Assembly (NCBI GenBank): GCA_900128395.1 | Contig: LT649302.1 | Location: 1 to 41,399 of the forward strand | DNA: 41,399 bases | Direction: 5' to 3' | DNA from: Stramenopiles sp. TOSAG23-2 | Taxonomy: Eukaryota | Shown here: piece after piece, positions 1 to 11,400 of the stretch | Position numbering within the stretch: position 1 is the stretch's first letter | How the letters are laid out: each line of letters starts with the position of its first letter | The notes under the pieces: model-generated | The model's input: only the letters and a program-made list of their open reading frames with translations | Told to the model about the DNA's origin: nothing | Database searches by the model: none | Program-made: the position numbers and the translations under genes

Positions 1-413
1 GAAATGTGTAAAAAAAAATAATAAAAAATTGTGTGTTAAAGTTAAAAAATGCAAACCTGGCAAAATAAAAATTTTCATAAAAATTTCTACGAGCTTCTCG
101 TTTTCATATAATATAATTTTTACGCACATAATTTATTGTTTTAATTTACTCATGTTGGAGTTATGTAGAAAAGCTGCTTCTTCATAAGGTTGTATGATAA
201 ATCACAATATAATTTTTTAAAAGAAAAGTTTTATCAAAAAATCATACTCGTACATGTATATATATATATATATATATTATAATATTCTTTACATTTTTAT
301 AAAAGGTAATATACACGTTCGCAGTGCGTTCGTATCACAAATCCATTTGACATACGAAGTTCGTAATTTCAAAAATTGAAACAAGAGGTGAGCGAAATTT
401 TTAATTTTTTTCG

Positions 414-661
414 ACAACTGGGAGAAAAAAAATGTTGTGTGCACGGCGCTTGTATATTATTTTTTACAGTTCCATTTTTGATTCACTTCTACCTAATTGA
501 ATCTCTTTTCGTTTAATTTCTCCAAAGTCAACATCTAACAACTGGGAGAAAAAAAATGTTGTGTGCACGGCGCTTGTATATTATTTTTTACAGTTCCATT
601 TTTGATTCACTTCTACCTAATTGAATCTCTTTTCGTTTAATTTCTCCAAAGTCAACATCTA
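414..661. repeat. Perfect head-to-tail duplication, 124-bp unit (414-537, 538-661), containing the 3' end of the MORN gene
   Basis: The ACAACTGGGAG...GTCAACATCTA block is read twice consecutively. Confidence 0.95.
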
Positions 662-1154
662 CTGGTGATTCATACTTCCCCATGAAGAAATCACCTTTCC
701 ATTCGACACCATCTGCATCAACATAAACGCCAAATCCGTGCCACTTTCCTTGCTCCCACTCTCCTTCGTATTTTCCAGTATTATTTGGTTGTATATATGT
801 TCCATTACCATGAAACATATTTTCATAAAAATCGCCTTCATATGAAGCACCACTTGCGAAAGTTATTTTGCCTTTCCCATTATACAAATCATTTGCAAAT
901 TCACCTTCATATTTTTCAACACCGTCATCATATATTCCCCACCCATCCCTAATTTTGTTCTCTTCCCCAGTCTCCTTATCTTTGATAATAACATATTCAC
1001 CATCATAATGTTTTCTTCGTATACTTGCATCAAGGCCTGTATTTTCAGCAAATTCAAAATATCCTTTTATACGGTTTACATTTGTAGTAGCAACTGTAGT
1101 ACCTACATTTTCGCTTACATTTTCTTGCAATAGTTGTTCTTCATCATCACTCAT
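588..1154 (-). CDS. MORN-repeat protein (188 aa)
   Basis: Repeated YEGEF/W-x(5)-G-x-G motifs: YEGEFANDLYNGKG, YEGDFYENMFHGNG, YEGEWEQGKWHGFG. Confidence 0.9.
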   Translation of the reverse strand: MSDDEEQLLQENVSENVGTTVATTNVNRIKGYFEFAENTGLDASIRRKHYDGEYVIIKDKETGEENKIRDGWGIYDDGVEKYEGEFANDLYNGKGKITFASGASYEGDFYENMFHGNGTYIQPNNTGKYEGEWEQGKWHGFGVYVDADGVEWKGDFFMGKYESPVDVDFGEIKRKEIQLGRSESKMEL

Positions 1155-1361
1155 ATTTACACTTTTTTTTTTTTAATTGCTATGATTTTTCTTGTGGCGG
1201 GGATACAAATTCAAAATATCCTTTTATACGGTTTACATTTGTAGTAGCAACTGTAGTACCTACATTTTCGCTTACATTTTCTTGCAATAGTTGTTCTTCA
1301 TCATCACTCATATTTACACTTTTTTTTTTTAATTGCTATGATTATTCTTGTGGCGGTGATA
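1049..1361. repeat. Near-perfect tandem duplication, ~157-bp unit (1049-1205, 1206-1361), duplicating the 5' end of the MORN gene
   Basis: The copies are identical except for poly-T length and two substitutions right after the poly-T in copy 1 (GATTTTT vs GATTATT; GCGGGG vs GCGGTG). Confidence 0.93.
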
Positions 1362-1502
1362 TGCTACTATAGAATACATCAATTGTTTTTCAAAAAAAAG
1401 TATATAATTGTCTTTTAAATAACGTTTTTTTTTTTTTATTATTATTATTGTCTTCTCGCTGTTATTGTTGTTTGTGCCACCTGTTATTACCTTAACCGTG
1501 TT

Positions 1503-1786
1503 CTCGCCGATAATCACTACCAGCTAAGGCCAGGTGTTTAGCAGGTGCCCAGTATTAGTGGTGTGCGCCACTCAATAACGCCATATATGTAATATCATCC
1601 CCATACCAGGCATACCAGGCATACCAGCATACCTCGCCGATAATCACTACCAGCTAAGGCCAGGTGTTTAGCAGGTGCCCAGTATTAGTGGTGTGCGCCA
1701 CTCAATAACGCCATATATGTAATATCATCCCCATACCAGGCATACCAGGCATACCAGCATACCAGCATACCAAGCATACCGGCATA
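1503..1786. repeat. Tandem duplication, 130-bp unit (1503-1632, 1633-1762), ending in a CATACCAG(G) short-repeat array
   Basis: CTCGCCGATAATC...CCAGCATAC occurs twice. Degenerate 8-9-bp CATACC units continue to ~1786. Confidence 0.93.
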
Positions 1787-1944
1787 ATATATTTCATGAT
1801 GATCAACAACTTAAACTTAATATATTTTTTTTTTATTTTAATAGCATTTAATTTATTAGATCTATATTTTTTTAGATGATTATTTATATTATTCTAATTA
1901 TATATAATATTAATTAATAATAATATAAAATCATTGCTATAGCA

Positions 1945-2192
1945 CTATACTACAATTTGATAAAATAGAAAATTGAACATTCATTTATTCAGTTTAACAA
2001 ATTATATAAAGTAAGAGAGTTGTAGATAAGGATTGTTTACGGATATATACATACATATATATACATATCTATACTACAATTTGATAAAATAGAAAATTGA
2101 ACATTCATTTATTCAGTTTAACAAATTATATAAAGTAAGAGAGTTGTAGATAAGGATTGTTTACGGATATATACATACATATATATACATAT
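1945..2192. repeat. Perfect tandem duplication, 124-bp unit (1945-2068, 2069-2192)
   Basis: CTATACTACAATTTG...TATACATAT occurs twice and the unit ends in a TA/CA microsatellite. Confidence 0.95.
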
Positions 2193-2201
2193 AAATATAT
2201 C

Positions 2202-4983
2202 ATGCCAGGGCAATCAGTAATATATATGTTGAAAATAATTTTTATAATTTGTTTATTAACGAATGTAATTACGGGGCAGCCACAAACACCACCAACTACG
2301 GCTGCGAATAATGTAGCAAATAGCAAAATAACAAAAAATGCTGCTGCGCCAATATTAACAGATAAAAAGGCACCAGCACCAATAGCAAATGGTAATGTTG
2401 GTGTGACAGAATTTATTATGGATGGCGAAGTTGAAGATATACAATGGGTTGGTCAAGGACGACGTACAGTACTTGTATTAACAACTGCTTCAAACTTATA
2501 TCGCAGTTCTGATGAAGGCAAAACATGGTTAAACGTGGTAACTTCGTTAAAAGCATTTGGTACAAATCAACCAGCAAAAACGCCAAAAGTGAAAAAGTTG
2601 ATTGTATCCCCAGTAGATCCAAATTGCGTCTTTATAGTTGGCCAAGGTGTAAATCATTGGGTAACACGCGATGCCGGTCGTAGTTTTCAACCTGTGAATA
2701 GTGTTGTTAAATTTCACGACGTTATCATGCATCCAACTGATAAAAATCGCGTATTAGCGAGCAGTATGGCTGCTAAATGCCATGATACTCAAGCAAACGG
2801 TGTATGCTATAAATCCGTATATGCAACTGATGATCTTGGAAAAACCTGGATTAAAGCAACAGATTATGTTGTACAATTTGATTGGGCGCATAACTTAGGA
2901 AATGGACAGGCAAAAAGTTTACCAACTACTGCAATGTTTGCTACTGTATTTCGAACGAAAAAAGGTAATCAACGTTTTGGATATTGGGATAAAAATATCG
3001 ATTTTGTCCGTACAGATGATTTCTTTAAAACACCTGCGAAAGTTTTAGTGAAACATGGCAATCGATTTTTATTTACGAAGAAATTTTTATTTGTTGCGCA
3101 AGTGAATCCGTTAAGAGATACGGAAGTAGAGTTACAAATGAGCAGCGATGGTGCAAATACGTTCCTCAGGGGTACATTGCCTTACAAAATTAAACAACAT
3201 TCGTACACTATTTTAGATACATCGGAAGATACTGTATTTTTACATGTGAATCACGAAGGTGAAGGTGCTAAGTGGGGAAATGTGTACATTTCCAATGCAG
3301 ATGGTTTAAATTACACCTTATCGTTACCACATAATAGTAGGGAAGCGACTGGAAAATGCGATTTTGAAAAAGTAGAAGGATTAGAAGGAATATACTTAGC
3401 AAATTTCATTGACAAAGTTGGTGAGGATTCTGATGATACCACCGATGACAATACAATCGGTGGTGATACATCGACTAAAAAAAAAGCAAATTGGGAAAAA
3501 ACCTCCACCAAAGATACGAACAGTTATTACGTTTGATAAAGGTGGTGTATGGTCCTATTTGCATGCACCAAAATACGATGCGAATGGTAAAAAAGTTGAT
3601 TGTAGCAGCATTGATTGCTCCTTGCATTTGCATGGTGTCACGGATGAATGGGGGCCATTTTACAGCACCGACACATCCCTTGGTTTGATCATGGCTACTG
3701 GGAACATTGGGACATCTTTAAGTGACAATGAAGATGAAATCAATACATACTTTAGTAGAGATGCTGGATTATCATGGGATGAAGTAGCAAAAGGTTCCCA
3801 TATATATGAGTTTGGAGATCATGGTGCGTTGATCGTCATGGCAAATGACGTGGAAGCATCTGATACTGTTCTATATAGTTGGAACGAGGGTAAATCATGG
3901 TCACCATTTAAATTTTCAGAAAAAAAATTAGAGATTGATAATATAATTATTGAACCAACAGCAACATCGCAAAAATTTATGGTGTATGGATCAAGAAAAG
4001 CATCTGCCTCCGGTGATAAAAATTCAAACCCTGTTGGTGCAGTTTATTTCCTTGATTTCTCAGAATTGCATGCTAAAAAATGCAAGGGTGTAGAAGCACC
4101 TGGTACACCTGATAGCGATTACGAGCGTTGGTCACCAAGTGATGGTAGACTTGGAGATAAATGCTTGATGGGCCATCAAATAACATACACACGCCGTAAA
4201 CGCATGTCACAATGTTATAATGGGGAGAAATTAGATAGGATGAATTATGTTAAAGATTGCCCATGTACGGAGAATGACTATGAATGTGATGTTGGATTTT
4301 TCCGTAAAATAGATGGTGGACCTTGCACTAGAAGTGAATTTGGGAGTAGCAAGGAAGTGGTCAAAGCAAGTGGACAGCCACCTGCCAATTGCCCTTCAGG
4401 CACTACCTACCTTGTGACAAATGGTTATCGTAAAATTGCTGGTGATACGTGTGCTGTTTCTGGGGGTGTTGATCGAGATCCTACCGCTTTTCCTTGCCCA
4501 CATTGGACTACTACGGTCAGTCATGGAGGATGGCTAGTTCTTCTCCTTCTTTTTTGTTTAGTATGCGGTTTTGCTGGCATCACATTTAATAAAAATAAAA
4601 AAAATGCAGCGGCAAAACGATTTGATTATAGTTTTAGTAGCAATTTTAATAGTAGTGCCAGTGGTATATGTAATGGAATAATGAATCTTTTCAGTTGTTT
4701 AACTCGATGTTGTCAAAAAAGCGATGATTATTCAGGTTACAATGTAATCGGAAAAGGTAGCGCATTGCCTGAAAGTGCAATGGGATATGATACTTTTGAT
4801 GATGATCTTGGTAATGATGATGATGATCTTGATGATGATGACGATGATGACGATGATGAAGAAGATGCAGTGCCAATGCCAACACCAAAACATGAACGAT
4901 TAAAACCACTACCAAATATACCATTATCGACGGTACCAATACCGAAATTATCTGGGCCTAATGATGATGGTGATGACATATAA
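2202..4983 (+). CDS. VPS10: Sortilin/Vps10-family sorting receptor, split by a frameshift at the A9 run 3477-3485
   Basis: Signal peptide from ATG 2202, BNR/Asp-box repeats (SSDEGKTW, TRDAGRSF, TFDKGGVW, SRDAGLSW), Cys-rich 10CC module (CPCTENDYECDVGF), one TM helix, and a tail with YxxPhi-like (YNVI) and acidic motifs. ORFs 2157-3536 and 3409-4983 join as ...DTSTKKK/QIGKKPPPKIRTVITFDKGG. Confidence 0.92.
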
Positions 4984-5168
4984 AATTTTTACACACCATA
5001 TATGTCATATGATATGATATATATATATATACATATATTATATAAAATAAAAAAATACCGAGGAGATACATATTCGGGTTGTATCTTTTGTTGTGTGTAT
5101 GATATGAGAAGAGATTAATATATAAATACCGTACGAAGTATAACATTTAGTGTTTCTATTTAAAAAAA

Positions 5169-5468
5169 TTATTTTTTAGTAGACGCTTCATTTTGTAACT
5201 TTTCTTTTCTTGCTTCAATAACTTCATTCATAACATCTTTTAACTTGTCTTCATAAAATATATTACCAAAGTTATTATAAAAATGAGTATCTACAAGCAA
5301 TTCTTTTGCATTTTGAATATCTGGTTGTTGCATAGCATTCATATTAGTTGGTTCATCACTATAGTTTTCATACGAGCCACCACCACCACCACCACCTGGT
5401 GCAAGATTTAAAAGATCATGATTATTTTTATTTCCAGATGTATGGCTATGAGTAACAAAAGCATCCAT
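5169..5468 (-). CDS. Small acidic protein, possibly COP9 signalosome subunit 9 (CSN9/CSNAP)-like
   Basis: VDTHFYNNFGNIFYEDKL resembles the CSN9 F/D-rich motif (VHADFFNDFEDLFDDDD). The ORF runs ATG to TAA between AT-rich spacers. Confidence 0.5.
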   Translation of the reverse strand: MDAFVTHSHTSGNKNNHDLLNLAPGGGGGGGSYENYSDEPTNMNAMQQPDIQNAKELLVDTHFYNNFGNIFYEDKLKDVMNEVIEARKEKLQNEASTKK

Positions 5469-6015
5469 TAAACTCGATGAATTCCTTGTACGGTTTTATT
5501 CGTTTGTGTGTATGTGTGTATATATATATGTAAACTAGGCAATTGTTTTCGGTATAATTCTTTTGTTTACAATTATTTCGTTGTTGATATTTGTAAATTT
5601 TGTTAGTTCATGATAAATCTATTCAACATAATTTAAATTGTAGTAATTAATTCTACTAATTTTTATTTTTTAGGGGGAGGAAGAAGGTTATTAAGGTGGA
5701 AGGTATGTTTTTGTTTGGGCAAATCAGAGAGAAATCCTCCAATATTATAGTGCTGTGTTCATATTATTTTATTTCAATGTTATGATTATGCAATTTCTCT
5801 CTTATCAATTCCGTTATATTTTTTTTTATATTATTGGCCTCATTCTATTATTTATTTTTTTAATTTACTGTATAATAAATATTTAAAAATTTTGTAGGAT
5901 GATGGATGGATGAAATGTTTGTGAAAACATTTATATAATCATATACGCTTCCATTGATAATTCATTGTTGTTATTTTTGTACTTAATTATACATATAAAA
6001 ACGAACTTGTAAATC

Positions 6016-8016
6016 ATGGCGGAAGAAACAAATACGGAGTTGTCTGCGTTAGAAAAAGAATTAGATACTGCATTGAATGACGTGGAAAATGTTAAAGCAC
6101 CAACACGAGAGGAAGCACCACCACCACGTCAAGAGCTAACAGAAGAAGCACCACCACCACGTCAAGAGCTAACAGAAGAAGCACCACCAACACGCCAAGA
6201 GCTAACAGAAGAAGCACCACCACCACCACGCCAAGAATTAACGGATGAAACACCACCACCGCGTCAAGAATTAACAGATGAAACACCACCACCGCGTCAA
6301 GAATTAACAGATGAAGCACCTCCACCAAGAATATCAACTGAAGAGACACCTCCTCCACGTCAAGATATACTAGAAGATGGCGCACCCCCAAGAGAAACGC
6401 TGATCGTAGATGAAGTACCACCTCCGAGAATTACAGAAGAAGAAGTAGCGAAAAATTCTGAAACAGAACCGGAAGAACCCGAAAGACCAGTATCAAACCA
6501 AATATCCAAACGGAAAAAGCGAGAGCAAGATCGTAACGCACGATATAATGAGTTGTTACAAGCGGAGATGGAAAAAGTAGAGAAAAAAGTTGTAAAAAAG
6601 AAGAAAAAAGGCACTGATACAAAGGTAGAAGAAGTGAAAGAAGAGCGTCCTCCATTACAATTAAAAATGTTAGAACGATTGAGGGCATCGAAATCATTCT
6701 GGAAAAATGAAGCTTTAAAACATTTAGGTGAAGAGAAAAAAGAAGATGATAAAAAAAGCATGTCGAAATCACGACCATCCACTACTCAAAGTAGGAAAAA
6801 GGACGATGACAATCGAACCATTTGGCAAGCTGGTGACGATGGCGATGTTAAATTTGTGAAAGAATATGTAATACATAAACGATGGGATGTGAGAAGGCAT
6901 CACGATCGAGGGGGTACGGGAAGCACTCTACTTCACAAAGCATGTTGGAGGAGTCATGTAGGATTAGTAAAATGGTTAATTGAACATGTAAGGCGGCGAT
7001 ATGGAGCCGAAGCAACAGAAACCTACGTCAATAGCCGCGATACGATAATGAATGGAGTGACTCCTTTGATGGAAGCGGCTAGGACACATATTGGAAATTT
7101 ACAAGATAGATTAGCTATCCTAAAGATGCTGATTGATAGCGGCTCTAAAACGCATTATAAAGATGCGCATGGCGATACGTGTTTGCATTGGGCAGCACGT
7201 AATGGGTCGTTTCCAATCATTAAATACCTTTTACATAACACGGAAGGTGCTGTTTTCACTGCGATGGCAGATAATTACGTACATAAACGCCCACTGGATG
7301 TTGCATACGCGTTGAAGGAGAAAAAAAAAGATTTCAATTCAGTAGAATCATATAATCAACTTATGAACATGATGAAGGGTTCTAATGTTCGTATGAAAAT
7401 TACGCGCTTAAAAATGCGAGGGGAAAGGGAGAAGAAAGAGAAGTTAGAACAAGAGCGAGAGGATATAGCAAGAATCGAAGAGGAAGCTAGAATTTCGAAG
7501 GATGCTGCTGAACTTGAATTTTTACGCCAGCGTAGCGCTGCTGAAGCTTTAAGGCAAAAGGAGGAGGATGATTACGTGGAACAAGCTGGAAGGAATGCGA
7601 AAAAAAATGCTGTAGAACATATGAGTACGAGGGAAGGAAAAGCAGAGGTCAAAATACGTTCTCGCGATATAGAAAGGAAAATGCGGGATGAAGCAAAAGA
7701 AAAAGGTGAGAAACCTCCTAAAAAGACATCCAAAATTGCATTTGCAAAGGCTCAAGGTACGTATGTCCATGAAAAAGAGGTTGAAGCGAGGAAACAAGCA
7801 AAAAGAGATTTTAGAAGGAAAAATCCACATGATTTTGATAAAAGAGAATTCGAAGCTATGGAGCAAGCTGCGCAACTTGCCGACCGTAGGTACACAAAGG
7901 TCTTGTCAGACCGTGACAAGCAGTTACGAGATGATATTGATGAATCGAGTGGTTTATGTTCCGAGCCTGAACTAAACCTAAATCCTTACTGTAAAATGTA
8001 CACTGATTGGCTGTAA
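6016..8016 (+). CDS. Ankyrin-repeat / coiled-coil protein with an N-terminal proline-rich repeat (666 aa)
   Basis: Ankyrin motifs GSTLLHKAC, GVTPLMEAA, GDTCLHWAARNG and RPLDVA, followed by an E/K/R-rich helical C-terminus. Confidence 0.88.
   Translation: MAEETNTELSALEKELDTALNDVENVKAPTREEAPPPRQELTEEAPPPRQELTEEAPPTRQELTEEAPPPPRQELTDETPPPRQELTDETPPPRQELTDEAPPPRISTEETPPPRQDILEDGAPPRETLIVDEVPPPRITEEEVAKNSETEPEEPERPVSNQISKRKKREQDRNARYNELLQAEMEKVEKKVVKKKKKGTDTKVEEVKEERPPLQLKMLERLRASKSFWKNEALKHLGEEKKEDDKKSMSKSRPSTTQSRKKDDDNRTIWQAGDDGDVKFVKEYVIHKRWDVRRHHDRGGTGSTLLHKACWRSHVGLVKWLIEHVRRRYGAEATETYVNSRDTIMNGVTPLMEAARTHIGNLQDRLAILKMLIDSGSKTHYKDAHGDTCLHWAARNGSFPIIKYLLHNTEGAVFTAMADNYVHKRPLDVAYALKEKKKDFNSVESYNQLMNMMKGSNVRMKITRLKMRGEREKKEKLEQEREDIARIEEEARISKDAAELEFLRQRSAAEALRQKEEDDYVEQAGRNAKKNAVEHMSTREGKAEVKIRSRDIERKMRDEAKEKGEKPPKKTSKIAFAKAQGTYVHEKEVEARKQAKRDFRRKNPHDFDKREFEAMEQAAQLADRRYTKVLSDRDKQLRDDIDESSGLCSEPELNLNPYCKMYTDWL
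6106..6441 (+). repeat. Coding minisatellite, ~33-bp unit encoding E(E/D)(A/T)PPPRQELT, about 10 progressively degenerate copies
   Basis: Visible in both DNA (GAAGCACCACCACCACGTCAAGAGCTAACAGAA) and protein. The copies carry synonymous differences. Confidence 0.93.
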
Positions 8017-8069
8017 AAATCTTGGTTAGATTGCGAGGATTAACAAGAGATATAAAAATTTTCTCCTAC

Positions 8070-8231
8070 TCATGTATTAACAATATATTTTATTCCTGAG
8101 ATTGAGTATTGAGCGTAGTATTTATCACGGGAACTAAAATTATTACGAGTTCATGTATTAACAATATATTTTATTCCTGAGATTGAGTATTGAGCGTAGT
8201 ATTTATCACGGGAACTAAAATTATTACGAGT
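8070..8231. repeat. Perfect tandem duplication, 81-bp unit (8070-8150, 8151-8231)
   Basis: TCATGTATTAAC...TTATTACGAGT occurs twice. Confidence 0.95.
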
Positions 8232-8486
8232 ATAACTTACGTAGATTTTAACCATCAAGATTATTATACATATCATACACACACACACACGTGTGTATCG
8301 CTTCCTCGTATTTTTCTATTAAGGTGTCTCAAAATTGCTATTTTTTTCGTATCATATGACACGAAGCGTCGTATGATATTCGTATGCATACGTATATAAA
8401 TATATATAATATATATATATATGCTATTAATTACGAACCGCTTCGTAATATCTATCTCCTCTCTCTCGCTCGCTCTCTCTCTTTTC

Positions 8487-11400
8487 TTAATCTTCTTCCA
8501 TCTCTCCAAATTTTTCCACTAGCCTCTCATATTTTCGTTTAATAGCATTGGTTGTGCGTCTCGGATTTTTAAACGTTGCTGCACATGTTTCAAAAGAGTG
8601 CCCATTTTGAATTGCTGCAATCATGCGTTTCATTTGTCTCACCGTCCAGGAGTAATTTGCAGTTTCTTCTAATTGTTCATCTGTAGGATTCAACTTTGCA
8701 GTTCTCATTTTTTCATCTTTATCCTTTCTTCTTTTTAAGCTAAAAAGGTACCTTTTAAGCTTTGGGTATTTCTTCCCCAATCCTTTAAATTTATGATAAC
8801 AAAGCCTATATGTTTTTCCTAAAATTCTGCCTATTTCTTCAAAAGATTTTCCTTCTTTTCGCAATTTAACAAGTGTTTGGATTTGGCTTTTCTTCCAATC
8901 ATTTTTTTTACGGTATTTAACTTTATGTTTTTCGTTCAAAACTGCCTTCAATGTCTTCAAACTTAACGTTGGCACTTTTTTCAACATACGTCTAAATTTC
9001 AAAAAAATGGAATTGGGTGTTTTTTTCAGATGCTTGACTACATCATTAAAATGATAATGACATCTTGCTGCATTGACAAGATACCGAATATCTATTAAAC
9101 TCCAGGCATTAGTATAGGTCAAATCTGCTAAAATACTGTCATCGACTTTTTGAACCTCAGTTCTGCAAATATTTTGCCATATAGAATTGTCCGGTCCTTT
9201 GCTTCTTCTATTAGTTTTGATGTTATTGTCTTCATCATCGCTTTCCAGGTTGGTAGCATCTCTTTCAGTACTAGAATAGACAATATCTTCATCGTCTGAT
9301 GATATATCATCGTTCCACCTAGGTTTTCGAGTTGCTTTTCTATTTACTAAATCATCTGCACCATCATTTACATGTTTCCTAACGTGGTTATTTTTTTTGG
9401 AATAACCATTTCCTAAAACACGGATTTGATTTCGCTTGACATTCGTTCGACGCTCTCCATCATCAAAATCAATATCATATTTCACCCCACGAACTTTATC
9501 AACATAACCACGATGCCACGTTTTCCATTCATTCAGTTTAACCTTAATCCTCGTGCCAGCTTTAAGCCGCTCAGATTTTGGCCCCACGCCTTCCTCCTTT
9601 CCTTGCTCTGTGTAAAATTTGCAAGTATAATCGGATATAACATTTGGGTTCTCTTTATTCATTGATTCGATTTTAGTCAAAAGAAGATGCGAATCTTTAT
9701 GGACACTTCTTGCAATCATCAAAAGGCCTACTGACCTATCTGTTTGATATTTAATTTTTTTAACTTGCATTAAGTTCCACATTGCATTGACTGCAAATCG
9801 AAGATCACTATCTTTCAAATTCATTGGGTCACCTTGGCTGTATTCACCATGCGGGAGTGCATAAACATATTCAAGTGGTATTCTTTCCTCATGATCATCT
9901 TCATTATCATATGAAACTACAATTACACGATTGGGTATGTTGTAACGTACAATATGTGCACGGTACAAACCTGTGAAGGCATTATCCCGTTTGCCACAAT
10001 AAAAATATGGAACTGAAACGACATTCCCAATCACTACAGAATTACTTTGTAAATCCCTTACGCCAATTATTCTTAAACATTCAATAATGTCACACGGCAA
10101 AACTCTTAATTGTTGAATATCACCATCAGAATGTTTGAATTTCACTTTAAGAGTTCCATCATCATTCAACCGTTTTACTTTTGCTTCGTAAAACTCTTGA
10201 TATCCATCTAGACTAGCTTTCCTATATCGAGCATGTACAACTTTACCTACAAGCTTCTCAAGTTTCATTCCCACCATTTCGGACGCATAATGATAACATG
10301 ACATCGCTTCCATGTTTTGAACCCTAAACGCGTGTTCTTTTTGCGCCCGTTTGCAATACATTTTCCTAGTTCGAGCAGCAACTGCGTCTGCAGCTGTTAG
10401 AGTCGTCGTTGTTGTTGTCGTCGTCGTCGTTCTTGTTCTTGTAGTGGTAGTTGTTGGTGCTCTTATTGCTACACGTCGTGATGGCAATGATGCGGCGGAG
10501 TTCGTTCCAGGCATTTCAAGTTGCCGTAGTATTTCACTCCTACTTTTCTTGCGTGGGCGATTATCATACTTTACCTTACTACTACCATTACCCCCTACAT
10601 CCTTATCATACACAGTTGGATTAAATGATACAACCTGTTTGCGTTTTCGTTTTGTATTGCCACGAGTATTTTGAATTATATTGGATTCATCAATCTCTAA
10701 TGATTTTTTGCCAAAAGCATTGTTTGAAGCGGGCAGGTTAAAATCGCTACTTAATGCTTGCTTACTTGTATTGTCTTCGTATGTATCCCCAAACATTTGT
10801 GGTATTTTTTCCTTGACACGTTTTAACTTCACAATAAGAGCCTGTGGTGATCTTTTAAGTTGTTCGCATAGCTTCAAAATACATGTTCCATTTTTTGCAC
10901 CATTAAACAGCACTTTTAAATCTGTTAATGGCCAATGTTGTGTTGCAATACGACTTAGAAGCACCAAATCTAGTTTTCCATATGTACTTGATACAAAATG
11001 AGCCCAAGGTTCATTTTCTGTAAATTTTCGATTATTCATAGTTTTAAACCCCTTGCCTTTAACAACTGGAACTTTTCTATATTTTCGATTATTAACTGTT
11101 ATGCATTGATCAGTATTTTGCAAGTCGTTTTTATTGATATTGTTCCTACTGCTGCTGCTACCACTGCTGCGACTGGTACCATTCTGTAATGGTCGTTTAC
11201 TTGCTTGTGGTCCTCGCCTTATATAAATCGCAGGCGATTTCCTTACCATTGAATCAAAAAATCCAAGATCATCAAAACTTCGAGCAAACATTCTCCGATC
11301 TTTCTCAATCATTCTTCTTGTTTTTACTTGGCATGCTTGTTTTGACTTCGTCGGCAATGCATCGCTTATTTCGTGAAACGTGACACCTTTGTTAACACTA

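Noticed and set aside
414-2192. Clustered direct repeats as a CRISPR array or LTRs
   Set aside because: The units are unrelated to each other, have no spacers, and enclose no internal retroelement. The context is eukaryotic.
2157-2201. Non-ATG starts in the ORF track (2157, 25892, 26671, 33447, 38223 minus, 39441)
   Set aside because: In a eukaryotic context the nearest in-frame ATG was used instead.
6092-6782. Antisense ORFs over the ankyrin gene, and similar shadow ORFs over the 1737-aa gene, the HDAC, kelch (30640-31287), MORN (23506-24048) and UBA (34099-34617) genes
   Set aside because: These are low-complexity mirror translations of repetitive or biased coding sequence, with no independent motifs.
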